From contig OZ037773.1 of assembly GCA_964035545.1 (NCBI GenBank), positions 3,811,751 through 3,875,750 on the forward strand: 64,000 nucleotides of DNA. Reading direction: 5' to 3'. Both the position numbers and the translations under genes were made by a program. The notes below the pieces were generated by a model. That model was not told the origin of the DNA. It did not search any database and worked only from the letters and a program-made list of their open reading frames with translations. This DNA comes from Bugula neritina (taxonomy: Eukaryota > Animalia > Bryozoa). The first letter of the stretch is position 1, and every line of letters begins with the position of its first letter. This document shows, piece by piece, positions 1 to 16,650 of this stretch.

Positions 1-107
1 TCAAGGACAGTAACACAATGCGAGATACTTAGACTCAGGATTACACTGTGTCTGTAACTATTTAGCCCTAAAATCTAATTATGATAGAGAGATATGTAGA
101 GCGCATA

Positions 108-3100
108 CCTGATGCTACTCCGTAACATGAGAGTACGTGGACACCCTCCTTCCCATTTCTCGATATAACAGATGACTCGTTGATGACTAGTAACGAGTTG
201 GCACAGTAATTTCCAACTCTCAGCCCAATATCAGAGTTGTCCTACCAAAAAAATATATCTATAATATAGGTCAGTTATGGTTATAAGACTTAGAAAATGC
301 ATTGCACTTTGAGCAAATGTTTTTAATAAAAATCGAAAATTATAATATAAAGTATAGTTTATACACATATAGCATAATATAAAGTATAGTTTATACACAT
401 ATATAGCATACTATAAAGTATAGTTTATACACATATAGCATACTATAAAGTATAGTTTATACACATATAGCATACTATAAAGTATAGTTTATACACATAT
501 AGCATACTATAAAGTATAGTTTATACACATATAGCATACTATACAGTATAGTTTATACACATATAGCATACTGTAAAGTATAGTTTATACACATACACAT
601 ACTATAAAGTATAGTTTATACACATACACATACTATAAAGTATAGTTTATACACATACACATACTATAAAGTATAGTTTATACACATACACATACTATAA
701 AGTATAGTTTATACACATATAGCATACTATAAAGTATAGTTTATACACATATAACATACTATGCTGCAATATTATAGAGTACATATTGCAGCATATAACG
801 TGCTAGATAATGTGGTATTATGAAGTATATACTACAGTATTTATTACATGAGATAGTGTAGTGATATAGAGTATATATTACTATACATAATATACTATAT
901 AATGTAGTATTACAGAGTATATATTACAGTATATAATACACTAGGCATGCATACCTCCAGCTTAACGTTGACCAGCTCAGATTTCTGATGTCGTTCTTCT
1001 CTTGTTTTAAACTCATGGATGTAATCAATGTAAATCCCTACAGATGAAAAAGCTATTACCTAATTGATTTAGTAGTAAATTCATTCCCAACAAACATATA
1101 ATATTCACATTTTCTCATTACTCTCTAAATGGAATAAATGAATCTGAATTGTGCTGCTGATTCCACTCATTTCTAGTAACTCAACAATTGACCACGCAGA
1201 CTATGCCGTCATAAGAGTTTGCTATTCGGGTACAGCACAGCGCTATGATGACTTCATACATTGGCCTTACACATGCCAATTCATATGGACAAAAGGAAGC
1301 GGAAATTATTTCTTAAATAAACTAAATAAATTTCCAAGACTCTAGGTGAGGTCACACTAACCCAAGTGAGATAGGGAGGGAAGGCTGCAACACGTATTGT
1401 AATCCTTGACATAATTGATTAGGAATTACTTCAGAATCAGACGTTAGCATATAATCCACATTATTAGAACAGGTAACACTTACCTATCCCTTTGTTTCGC
1501 CGAGACGCGACGTTTCTCAGTACCCGTCTACCGCCCGAATAGGTGATATTAATACCGGAATTAGAGTTATCTTCCAGAACTGTGTTGCTCATATCTAAAT
1601 CACAAGCCCCGCCTCTGATTCGAAAGCCTCCACCATATTGATTTCTAGAAAATTGACTGTCCGTCACCTGCAACATGGTAGGTGGGAATAGAGATAGCGT
1701 TCCATGCTATAGAGTTTTCCGGTAATGGCAGAATGGCAAGCGATATCAAACAAAAGTATACTATTTGTATTACAGTATAGAAGGAAAGCAGAGTAAACAA
1801 CTGCTGACACAAGGTAAGCGGAGTAAACAACAACACATCTCTCAGCACACACCTTGACAAAGCTGCGGGGATTTTCAATCAGGACTCCATGCAGGTTGTT
1901 GTCTGAAGATGTCACTTGAGACAGGATGACGTCCTCAGCAGGTGCTCCTAAAAACACAAAAGAAACTCCACTACAACAAACAAATACAGGATGTGAGAGA
2001 TATGCTAGGCAGGTGAGTGGCAAATGTCAAATGGCTGTGATGACACGCAAAACAATAGATAAGCCCTAGTAAATAGCAAACACTCTGTGTGGGAATAAAG
2101 TGAGTATTTGCCAACTGGCGAACCGTAACTGAAAAAAAAACAGAGCTATGTATTTGAGAGTTGATTTACAAGTAAAAGCTAGGTTATTGGCAGAAGACAT
2201 GCATGTGACAGGCAGGTGAGTGTGTGGCAAGTGACAGGCAGGTGATTGTGTGACATGTGACAGGCAGGTGAGTGTGTGACAAGTGACAGACAGGCGAGTG
2301 ACGAGAGACAGGCAGGTGAGTGAGTGACAAGTGACAGGCATGTGAGTGACAAGTGACCGGCAAGTAAGTAGTAAGTGACAGGCAGGTGAGTGAGTGACAA
2401 GTGACAGGCAGGTGAGTGTGTGGCGAGTGACAGGCAAATGAGTGAGTGACAAGTGACAGGCAGGTGAGTGAGTGACAAGTGACCGGCAAGTAAGTGGTAA
2501 GTGACAGGCAGGTGAGTGAGTGACAAGTGACAGGCAGGTGAATGAGTGGCAGGTGACAGGCAGGTGAGTGACAAGTGACAGAGAGGTGAGTGAGTGACAA
2601 GTGACAAGCAGGTGAGTGTGTGGCAAGTGACAGGCAAATGAGTGAGTGACAAGTGACAGGCAGGTGAGTGAGTGACAGACAGGTGAGTGACAAGTGACAG
2701 GTAGATGAGTGGCAAGAGACAGGCAGGTGAATGAGTGACAAGTGACAGGTGACAGGTAGGTGTGTGAGTAGCAGGTGAGTGAGTAGTAAGAGGAATCATT
2801 ACATACCCTGAGTGCTGGTGACGAGAAAGACAAATCTGACGCATCCCCTGACCTGTACACACTCTGCTTCTCTATAAATAGCATCGAGACTGAAGTTTAC
2901 TGTGATCTGATGTGTTGTTGAAACCTCTGCTTGGGGTAGTCCAATAGTACCTGCAGCACAACGCAGAACTTTATAGCAGGAAACTATGTATTAAATTCAA
3001 TAGCCAAGTCTGCATTTTCAACCACAAGATCAAACACACGATAAAGCAAAACAAAATGGCTGTCAATATATACTTGCAAAAGTGTAACATTTGAATAGGA

Positions 3101-6100
3101 AGTTACAAAACCACACATTGTGCTCTGATTGTATAAATTGGAAGTTAGAATCTATTTATACAAGATGTGAAGTAGCATTGCAATGATATGAAGAAAACAG
3201 AAACCGAAGCCAGCAGTGGAGTCAATTGAAGTTAGCTAAGCTGATGTAAGAACCTAAATACAACTCCTACTAGCAGTGACAGCTCTGTACGCTACAGAAA
3301 CATTAGCGCCTACCTAGCAGCAACTTACCAGATTCTTGAAGGTGCAAAAGAAAATTTAAGTATAAAATGTGAGTTAGTTTAACAAATATTATCCTGCATA
3401 TAATATGTTTGGAACTTAGTCTAGCTTAGTCTAACTTACACAGTTCAGGCTAAGTTGACATACGTATATGCAATTGGATAGTTACTTATATATAAGTTGT
3501 ATAGAGTACGTATATATATATGAATAGTTACTCGTATATGAGTTTTAATTTACAGTCCTTTATATATGTTGTTTTTAATATACAGTTGTTTAGTTACTTG
3601 TATATGTTGCATAGAGTATATATGTACAGTTGCTTATATATGTTATACAGAGCGCACCATATATGACCATTACAACATCACTCAAGTACATTCATAAACT
3701 TCATTTAATTCATTAATTCACATATTTTACAGGAGCAAGTGATAGTTACCTAAGTTCTTCAGATGCCATGTTTTGAGAAGAGGGGCTTGTATACTAGGAC
3801 ACCCACTCCCTGAACTTAAGCAATTGCCATTGTAGATCTGAAGCTGGGCATCTTTAACTATTGGATCCGTAGCTACTTCTAGCAGAGAGATAGTCAGAAA
3901 GTTCCCAAAAACTGTCTTAAATGTCTACAAAGTGAAGCATAGAAATCACATTAGAAGTTGTAGGCAGAACTTAGATAGTGGGGCTGTAGACTAAACACAC
4001 ATGCACTAATAAAAATATTGTCAAATATGATTGAAACTATAGCATCTTTGAATTTATTTACCATGTAGCATGCTATGCCTTAACAGACATCTACTAAGCT
4101 TGCAGTGAGGTGATACTGTAGTTTGCATGCACCCAATACGTCATAAACAACGAAATTAAAAAGTTACGATTCTCGTACTATTTTAGACCAAAAAATAAAG
4201 CCCAGTGAACTCCAACGGTTACCAGTTTTCCACCCTCTGTGCACACGTTAACATATTCTCGTACTCTATTTCCTACCTTAGCACACTGTCTACTACCAGC
4301 CGGCGCCACTGCCGTGTATATCTGAGGGTAGAGGGAAGCCGTAGAGCTGAGACAGAAATCTCCTGTTCGCCACTCCCACCTCCTGTATATCTTATCCACA
4401 GTGCGCACGTACATCCCATTCCCCATGTTGTGGTGGAAGGAAGAGCCGGTGATTCTAACTCTACCTAAGCTAGTCGTCACATTCAGACCGTGACCTGCAT
4501 CATCGAGAGAATAACTCCCAATTAGTTCATTAGAACTTCATTACTACTGAAGCCAGTAGTAGTGCGCATACTCTGAGTTACAGAAATAATATAATTAAAT
4601 GCATTTACTTGAATTAGGAACACTGAATAGCAGAGTTCGAATTATGATAAATTAATTATTATCGAGTACTCTCATTTTTATATGGACAAAAACGTCGCAT
4701 AGTAAAATGTACCAGCATGGCACAACAAGTAGGGCCAGGCAATAAGATACACACTGACCTCTACTATGAGAAACCTCACAATTATCAATGATGGCGGTGC
4801 TGTTGATGTCAGTGTAGTTGATTGCATCATAAGCGCTGAACTTGACTCTCAAGTTGGACAGTTTAGGTACGTATGGAGAGGCTGATATGGCGGCAGTAGG
4901 TAAGCCTTCATCAGTCACTCCTAAACAAAACAGGCATACAAGTAAGTACAAGTCAGTTAATTACTAACAGTTGACTAAACAGGTGGCAGTGTATAGACTA
5001 ACTGATTGTTGATACAGAACTGTGAATAATATGTAAAATTAAAAATTTTAGTGTGAATGAAATTTATATTCAAAGCTGTTGAAAACACTGCTTGAAACTT
5101 ATATATTATTCAGCTATCAGAAATTAAAATAGAAATTGTACAAGTAATCATGTTAACACATGACATGTGTAAAGTTTAGTAGTTTGCTACCATTACTTCA
5201 ACAAGTGTGTTTAGAAAGACTTGCAAGCAATATGCAGCATACAGATAACAAAATATGGCCAGAAAAGTTGGCATGATATCTGTTGAGATGACACCTGAAT
5301 ACACGAGTCACTATATGCAGACGTGTAACATCCTAACCTGCATACAGAACGTCTGCATAAGATAATAAACTTGTCGACTCATTCAAACCGATACCAGGTG
5401 AGATTCGTCGCTCAAATGTCGTGTTGTAGAAGTGAATACCGCCCCAGTGACCTTGAACAAGGTCAGGGCGTATTCCTTGGCACTTGAGGTAAAGACTGCG
5501 CTGGTCTCCTGTAGACACAAATATTCAAACTATAGTAAGTATTGCACATGATCTACTAGATTCAGTTGGGAGTTGTCTGTACTATCATGATACCAGGTTA
5601 AAGGAAAATTAACTATTATATATGACACAATTAGACATATAGTATTACTAAGAGAGAGGACAACTCACTGCAAATCTGACTACTGTATCTGAGAGTGGCT
5701 GCTCCATCACAGTCCAGCAGTCGACTCTCTTCACCTGTGCAATTGGGCTGAGTAATAGCCAAGTACTTGTGGTAGTCAGTAGCAGTGAAGTTGTATGTGA
5801 AATAGTTATTGACAGGGGAGGCAAACCCTAACTGTCTGCATACAACCTTAGCATCTTGAGCAGTCCAACTAAAAAAACAGTTCATTATATGGTGTATGAC
5901 ATAAATAGTCCAGCAAGGGATGGACAACACAAATTAGGCATGTGTTGGTAGCATAATTTTGCTAAAATTTTCAACATGCAGAAAGTTAACAATAACGCAA
6001 ATATAGGAACTAACTTAAATTACGGTGAAAAATCCTTCAATAGTGAAACACCTGAACGTCATATGACATATAAGACACTTACAAGACAAGTGTTACTTAC

Positions 6101-7171
6101 TTGGCAGAATTGGCACAGATGCCTCTCCACACGTCATTGTACAGTATCTGCACAACTCCCTCATGAATATCGCTGCCATTAGCTAGACGGATAGTGCTAG
6201 GCCAGCTAATTGGGGTGTCCGTTACATCACCACCAGTTGACTTTGTGAACTTTATCCGCTCATTCGAAGTACCCTAAATGTTAGTTATAGTAGTACGAGT
6301 TTAAAGTAAAACTGAATACCGAGCCATACATGTATACTTTTTCAGGTAAGGCGATATACATTGAAAAAAAAACATTGTGAAATATTTAGAGCATTAATAA
6401 TGTATACTCATATTTTTTAAAAATTGCTAGGAAAAATAAAATTAAAATGTCAATGTAACAATTATAGTAGTATCACTATTATCCACTATAGCCCACCACC
6501 ACTATTATCTAATATAACCCAATGCAAACAGTAATAACTTTGTAATATCCAATTTAATAAATGCTATAACTATAAGTGGCATAACTCCTTCAATTAAGTT
6601 AAAAACAAAAGGCGAAACTATCAGTAGACTCATGATCATATTCATATTGATATACTTATAGTTATAAATTAATTTATGGTTATTGTCAAGAATTTCAATA
6701 TATCGCAATGATCACTATAACTATAATAGCAATTGTGATTGCTAGTGATAACGATTAAGCTAACTAAAATCTAAATCCCAATGATTGTATTTGGTATACT
6801 TATACTTATAATCATCATTTTCATTTTGATTACTACTATGCTTATCACAATGAAATTGAATAACAATAATTATTGTTATCGCATGACAACATATCAGAAG
6901 AAGCAAAAAAGCTAAAACTTACCACGGCCGTCAATGTACCGTGAACAAGAAGCTTTACACCTGGATCAAATCTTAACTCTGTGCCTGGCTCAATTACAAC
7001 AGATGACTCAGGTAGGACCACTAAATCACTTGAAACTTGATGGGGGCTGCTAGCTTTACTCACTATCTTTTCACCACTGTATTTACCACCTAATTCTTCA
7101 GAATTTACTAGCTGCTTTGTTGTTACAAGACTAATTATTATTAAAATTAAATCTAAATAGGTCAATGCCAT
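108..7171 (-). CDS. Bark beetle (anakonda)-like secreted/membrane protein with SRCR and parallel beta-helix repeats; multi-exon, 3' end runs off the window
   Basis: Signal peptide MALTYLDLILIIISLV at 7171, then 'SPHQVSSDLVVLPESSVVIEPGTELRFDPG', SRCR motifs 'WTAQDAKVVCRQLGF' and 'PNCTGEESRLLDC', 'WGGIHF', and N-x-G-x-G beta-helix repeats. Approximate GT-AG exons: 6923-7171, 6101-6275, 5668-5867, 5337-5511, 4758-4920, 4279-4495, 3750-3925, 2808-2951, 1851-1947, 1483-1668, 954-1038, 108-242. Confidence 0.75.
345..762. repeat. Intronic minisatellite, ~32-bp unit TATAAAGTATAGTTTATACACATATAGCATAC
   Basis: About 13 near-identical tandem copies visible. Confidence 0.95.
2205..2785. repeat. Intronic degenerate minisatellite (GTGACAGGCAGGTGAGTGAGTGACAA units)
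   Basis: Tandem ~27-bp variable units. It explains the low-complexity ORFs at 2066-2884. Confidence 0.9.
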
Positions 7172-7399
7172 TAATATTGCTGTGTTAGTTTCAGTTTGAC
7201 TTTGAGTTTGTCAGGAAGTTGTGATTCAAGTTAAACCACTAATAATCTAGTATTTAAAATAGCAGGAACTGGAGTAAATTAAAAATATCAACTTTTGCTA
7301 TGTTGCTGTGAAGTAACATTGTTGTAATTTAGTTAAAAGTCCTCCCTTTGAATGTTACTTTTTTTTCTAATCACAAAAATATGAAATTATTTCAAAACT

Positions 7400-7625
7400 A
7401 GTTAAGTACGTTTCCGGTTTTCCTTACAGTTTGAAAAAGATAAAATGTAATCGATGGTTACTAAATTTCACATCCAATCAATGAGCCTCAATCATAATCA
7501 CTCATCCAATAGCAAATGTTTAGTAACTTGACCAATAGAAGTATGGGTATTTCCTAGAGGACTTTCCTATGACTGATAGCATCCTGATGTTTATTCATTG
7601 CGAAGCTTCTCTTATTTCCGTTTTA
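7400..7625. promoter_or_regulatory. Probable bidirectional promoter region (three CCAAT boxes, ETS-like TTCCGG)
   Basis: CCAAT at ~7474, ~7506 and ~7533, between the divergent bark-like and syntaxin-5 genes. Confidence 0.4.
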
Positions 7626-8023
7626 AGTTGGCATAAATAAAGTACTTTAATTATAATTATCACTCTCAGTTTCAGTAGAGTATTGATAATGTAAGCTATA
7701 AGTATATCAGTATGAATATCCATACGAGTATAGAATTGATAAAATTACATGTCCATCAATAGTTACTTACACTGAGTTTACTTTAGCCTGCGACTGTAGT
7801 CACTCTGTAAGATTAAGTGTAATGAGTGTAACTCAAACCGAAACTCAAACTCAAACTGTGAATCACTAATACTAATAAAAATTCTTAATCAAAATAAGTA
7901 AATCTGTTTGAAATTAGTATTAGTATTACTATTCATATTAGTTATTGCTATTACTATTAGATTTAGTCATTTAATTTTATCATTACGACTATGAATATTA
8001 TATTGATAATCTCATAACACTTA

Positions 8024-8224
8024 ACAGTTACTGTACATATAATTATAATCACTGATACTGATAGTGAACAATCATAATCAACATCATAATCATAATGATA
8101 ATCATAAACACTGTTAGTGTTAAGTTAACACTAACAGTGTTTATGATTATCATTATGATTATGATGTTGATTATGATTGTTCACTATCAGTATCAGTGAT
8201 TATAATTATATGTACAGTAACTGT
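8024..8224. repeat. Perfect palindrome with 100-bp arms and a 1-nt spacer
   Basis: 8024-8123 is the exact reverse complement of 8125-8224; the centre is G8124. Confidence 0.95.
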
Positions 8225-8860
8225 ATCTTTAAGTAACGGTAGGTGAAAATATTACTATACATTGTAATATAAGTATTAGCCCAACTTTATTAGTTACCAC
8301 GATCACACTAGTTCGAAAAGTAAATTCTTAAGCACCCAGCTGTTCACATGTCTGATGTATATTCAGTTCTCAGTTATCGCACTTACAAAGATTTTCCTTT
8401 GCACGAAAAGTTATGGCTTAAGCTCATAAGTTATTTTGCTTTCAATTTCTGATTAGGCCTAACAGTAACCGATACTGGATTCCAATTTATAGACTTATTT
8501 GATATAGAAATGATTATTTAAATTTTATAGTTAAATAATTCACTCTTGCTCAATTGCTTTTGTTTGAGGTATAGACTAGTATTTCAATTTGTTTAGTTTA
8601 TTAGTTTGGTTATATATCTAGATTTTTTGAAACGGGCATCTATTTCTTATAAATTTGGGAGTGTTTATTTGTCATCAGTTTTATTTACACTGCAACAGTT
8701 ATTCAAATTTATTTTGCTTTTAATATTTTCTTACTGTGGTACCAAACTTGATATTATTTTCTTTCGTTTTATTACATAAAATTTAGTTGAAAAAATGTTG
8801 TTTGACTGAATTACTTGTAGCCTTATTTCTAAAAAAAACTAACCCTCACAAGGGTTTGTG

Positions 8861-11800
8861 ATGAGCCTTGGAGCCAGGAATAGGTTTTCTGGTGCCAACT
8901 CCCCTGCCAGCCCTACTGCCACATTCGTTGTTGAATCCTCAGGCCGAAGTACTTCACCGACTCAGAGCCTGGCAGCGGGGAAAATGTCTGGTCGAGACCG
9001 GACCTCTGAGTTCATGTCGGCAGTTCACATGCTACACACTCCTCAGGTAAGTTCACATGCTACACACTCCTCAGGTAGGCTCTCATGCTACACTAGGTAG
9101 GTTCACAATAATTACGACTTGTCACTCACTCCTATTATGAAGAGTGTGCATATATTCTATCTATAAATACAATGTATTTTGTATCTCTATGTAATGTACA
9201 ATGTATTTTGTATCTCTATATAATGTACAATGTGTTTTGTATATATTGGCTATGATATATTATCTATTACTATATATATACATGCTGTGTGTTCTATAGT
9301 GACTTGCAAATTATATACACTATAGTGGCTGTTCTAGATCTGTTATATATGTGTTCTAACATCTGAAAATTTCTGCCTTTTAGTCTAAAAGTGCTCCTAC
9401 GACTTCTAGAAATGCAGCTCTTCATCATAAAACAGAGTTTATGAAAATAGCCAAGTAAGTGTCTATAATGGAGACACCAGCAGACTGGTGGGCGTGTCAT
9501 GTATCGCCCTTCCTATGTAGCCACTTGTTGAAATCACTTATTCTGGGCAGTTTTTCATCTGCTATGCAATTGTGTTGTGAAGAGTTTGTAAATTAAAACT
9601 TCTGTTCCACATTCTTTCTAACATCAATCAGCACATCTCTGCACATAGTATATGAGTTTATAAAATTACTTATCACCTACTGTAAACAGCCCAGTTTTCG
9701 TCAATGAGAAAAACAGGTGATATTTTTCAGGTCCATAGGAAGGCACTTGTCACAATACTTTGGACTATGTTTATCTGTTAGCATTAGTTTGACTTCTTGG
9801 TTTCTTTGTTTTAGACATATTGGAAAAGATCTGGGAAGCACATTCACTAAACTAGACGCTCTAACAGCTTGTGAGTTCCATTTTGAACTTTGAGCGTCTT
9901 TTTCCATCTATCCACTATGTTTTTCCAGATAAAAGTTGTAGTTCTAAATATGAAACTCTTAGTTACAGCTATTCATATTTACTCTGGTGTATGCAGTCAT
10001 TGATGTCTAACTTTTTACTGCAGTTTAAAGCCATTGATGTCTAGCTTATTGCTGTTGTGTAAAACCATTGATGTCTTACTTCTGACTGTAGTGTAAAACC
10101 ATTGATGTTTAACTTCTGACTGTAGTGTAAAGCCATTGATGTCTAACTTCTCACTGTAGTGTAAAGCCATTGATGTCTAACTTGTTGCTGTAGTGTAAAA
10201 CCATTGATGTTTAACTTCTGACTGTAGTGTAAAGCCATTGATGTTTAACTTCTTACTGTAGTGTAAAGCCATTGATGTCTAACTTGTTGCTGTAGTGTGC
10301 AAGAAGAGATCACTCTTTGATAACAAGCAGGTGGAGATCCAGGAGCTGACCTATATAATCAAACAGGATATCAACAGTTTGAATGGACAGATTGCACAGC
10401 TGCAGGAGTTGGCACGGAAGCAGAAGGGAACGTCCGGCAGACATTTACAGAGTCATTCCAACAGCGTTGTACTTTCCTTACAGGTAAGACGCTGGCCGTT
10501 TCGCTACTTGTGAAGATATGAACGGTATTATAATGAAAGAATAGAATAATTATACAGCTTCATAATAATTTCTACATAATAGTAGCTGGACAATGATTTC
10601 TAATGACCTGTTTTTTATAGACATCTTCGCATTTTAGTTGTTTTTTTTAGAGTGTAGTAACACCACTGTAGCTGTGTGTTGTAGTTGTGACACTGTAGCT
10701 GTAGTAGTCACACTGTAGTTGTAGTAGTGGCACTGTAGCTGTAGTGGTGACACTGTAGTTCTAGTAGTGATACTGTAGCTGTAGTAGTAACACTGTAATT
10801 GTAGTAGTGACACTGTAGCTGTAGTAGTCACACTGTAGTTGTAGTAATGACACTGTGGTTGTAGTAGTGACACTTTAGCTGTAGTAGTCACATTGTGGCT
10901 GTGTGTTGTAGTCGCAGCTGGCCAACATGTCTAACAACTTCAAGACTGTTCTGGAAGAACGAACTGAGAACATGAAACAGGAGAAGTCTAGACGGGAACA
11001 GTTCTCTGACACCCAGCTACACGCCTCCGCATCAGCCGGTATATATCCCACCTCGTATCACCTGCTATATATAACATTACTCACCTTGTGCCACCTGCTG
11101 TACCTGTCATGTTCTCCTGTAGATAAAGGTGCTATGGCTAAGGGCTCTGTGCTCTGGCAAGACGAAATGAACGCCAGAAGTAATGGAGAAGTTGCCATCG
11201 ACATAGGAGGTGCTGGCGCCCACTTTCAACAAGATCAACTTCAACATATAGATGACCAGGTGAGGCCAGGCTGTAGAATGCAATGTCAGATTCTACATCA
11301 CTCCGCAGTACCCTCTTATATTTGCTGAAAAGTTGTTGTTACAGTTTGGATTTTTTTTTAAATTTGAATTTTAATACACTTTGAGTTGTTACATGAGCTT
11401 GTTTATGTTCCGCTTTTCCAATTCAATTAAAAGGAGAGATGACGACTCTCACATTAAAGATTTGTTGAGATGCTCTTACTCAGCTGCCTAAGTTGTATCT
11501 GAAATGTTGTCCTACAGATACGCAGTTACACATATGGGAAGACAACTATCAATAGTGGTTATTTTCTTCAAATTCTTTATGCAATAACCATTGTATTGGG
11601 TTTACAGGATGCGTATATACAAAGCAGAGCAGACACAATGAAAAACATTGAAAGTACCATCGTTGAACTGGGAGGTATATTTAGTCAGCTGGCACACATG
11701 GTTAAAGAACAAGAAGAGATGGTACAAAGGTAACCAGCCAGTGTATCTGTAAAATAATCACAAGACTGCTAGAAACTATCTTTGTTAGCTAGTTTTATAC

Positions 11801-12121
11801 TAAATGACTTCCGTCTTCAAAATATCAGGGGGAAGTAGTATTAGTATAGAGTAGTGTTAGTATAGGGTAGTATTAGTATAGAGTAGTGTGAGTACTTAGT
11901 AATGTTAGTATAGAGTAGTGTGAGTATTGAGTAGTATTAATATTTTATTCTCATTTTCTAGAATTGACTCCAACGTTGAAGACGCACATCTGAACATCGA
12001 AGCGGCCCACTCACAGATCCTGCAGTACTTCCAATCTGTCACCAGTAACAGATGGCTTATGGTTAAAATATTTGGTGTTCTCATATTTTTCTTTATTATA
12101 TTTATTGTTTTCCTTGCATAA
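8861..12121 (+). CDS. STX5: Syntaxin-5 (Golgi Qa-SNARE)
   Basis: 'MSGRDRTSEF' Sly1-binding N-peptide, 'KKRSLFDNKQVEIQELTYIIKQDI', SNARE motif 'SRADTMKNIESTIVELGGIFSQLAHMVKEQEE', C-terminal TM 'SNRWLMVKIFGVLIFFFIIFIVFLA'. Exons 8861(8984)-9046, 9384-9454, 9815-9870, 10296-10483, 10912-11038, 11123-11259, 11608-11729, 11962-12121. Confidence 0.95.
9993..10298 (+). repeat. Intronic ~35-bp tandem repeat that reiterates the STX5 splice acceptor
   Basis: About 8 copies of CCATTGATGTCTAACTT.TGCTGTAGTGTAAAG; the last copy contains the real AG/exon junction. Confidence 0.9.
10650..10910. repeat. Intronic ~20-bp tandem repeat (GTAGTAGTGACACTGTAGCT)
   Basis: Tandem copies visible. It explains ORF 10634-10891. 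Confidence 0.9.
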
Positions 12122-12956
12122 GTATTTATTTTATTTTTATATGTTTGTTTTGTTATTATAAGGCTGACTTTAAGAAAATACAGGCACGTTTTACTTTTTA
12201 AAGTAATTTTAAACTTTTAGCTATTTTCTAAAAAAAAACCAGCTTGACAAAAGTGTGAAATCTGAGCTGCTGGCCGCTGCAAGAAGTACAATAACTAAAT
12301 GTTTTCTTATGACCTCACTTACTGGATTTGATTTTAATATTAAGTAATATCTGTTTCCGACTGTCACAAGGGAGCAGCTATGCAGTAAATAAAGAAATGT
12401 GTAGATTAATACTGGATACTCTTGAGCGTAGAGTACACCATTATAGATAATATCTCTAATGATGTAAAAGATGTAGATACATACATTATATGTTAATTAT
12501 ATTTAACATATAATGCATGTATTTACATCTTTTACTATAATTGTTGGTGATCTATGTTGTTTTAATCATAGGTACTATCTAATGAATATGCATTGCTGTG
12601 TATCACTAGACTAAACTAAAATAAGTGTTTTATTACCCCAAAAGATGTAAACCATTACAAGCACTTCATGTGCTAGCACTGAGTTGTGTTGTCGTTATAC
12701 CAAACTATCTTACCTAATTCAAGGAACATGATAAAAAATTTTTAGTAGTAGGTTATTAAGAAACTGCTGGTGTTATCAGGTGCTTGAAGGGAGTGTATTA
12801 TGCCAAGATAAGATCATCACCAACCTAACTACTATCGGGTCTTGTAGAATGATAAAGTTTAAAGCTATAAAACCAGTTTCATTCTAGCAGCAGTGAGTGG
12901 ATAGGTGTGATTGATCTAATAGAGCATATTCTGTTCAGCGCTTGACTGACTGCGCA

Positions 12957-15813
<2,857 letters not shown>

Positions 15814-16577
15814 TTTTAGAAGAAAATAAATCCCTTTTTATACTTTTAATTTGTTTAAAGTGATATGCTTAAGTTAATTTTTTCATAATAGGGGCACAAT
15901 ATTAGTCCAATGACACTTGCTTTATGATAATGATAATGTAATGCAAATAAATATTATAATGATGTAGTTTTTTCTAATACATAACTTAGCACAACAAAAT
16001 TGTACTGTAACATTACCTGATAAGAGAGAAATAATTTCAGCAGCATATACTTCTAACTCACACAAAGAACATTGAGTACTTTGAACAATGCTCTAGTAGT
16101 CACAGCACCAGAAGCACTCGTAACTTAATTAGTGCTCTCAAAAATATTATTCTGCAACACAATAACTAGACTTGGATATTCTGTAGCATGCTACTGCATA
16201 GGAGATAGCAGATTTCTCTAACTAGAGAAGTGTGTTATTATACAAACAACAATTTATTTCCGAATTTTGATAAAAACAATTCTTTTATCTAACATCTGAC
16301 ATTGACATATGCATAGAATAGGAGCTTAATAATAATCCTCTAAAGTACGGATTGTGTGTAGTTAATTACCTATAGTAGCACATAATAATTAACATGTCAT
16401 TGAAAAGTGCAGTTATACAATAGCTGCCCTTCAAAAACTAGTAAGGTACCAATCAAGTAGTCAAGAGACAACAACTCCTGCCCATAAAACAGATGACTCT
16501 AAACATCTACAAATTTGTCATCTCACTTCTCAAGACTGTTCAGGGTGGCAGTTGACATAGTGTTGGGCTTAGTAAAT

Positions 16578-16650
16578 AGTCTCCGTGGTGTAAGGGTTAG
16601 CCCACCTGCATAAAAGTAAGAGGTCTGCAGTTTAAATCCTGGTAGGGCAA
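16578..16650 (+). pseudogene. tRNA-derived repeat/SINE-like head (related copies at ~40957-41027 +, ~55444-55517 +, ~55523-55592 -, ~35187-35256 -)
   Basis: A-box-like GTGGTGTAAxxGTTAGC and degenerate B-box GTTTAAATCC at tRNA spacing; the cloverleaf is degenerate. Confidence 0.55.

Noticed and set aside
2066-2884. Long His/Cys/Thr-rich ORFs in three frames
   Set aside because: Translation of an intronic minisatellite.
16578-16650. Functional tRNA genes
   Set aside because: Acceptor and T stems are degenerate and the copies are diverged; treated as tRNA-derived repeats.
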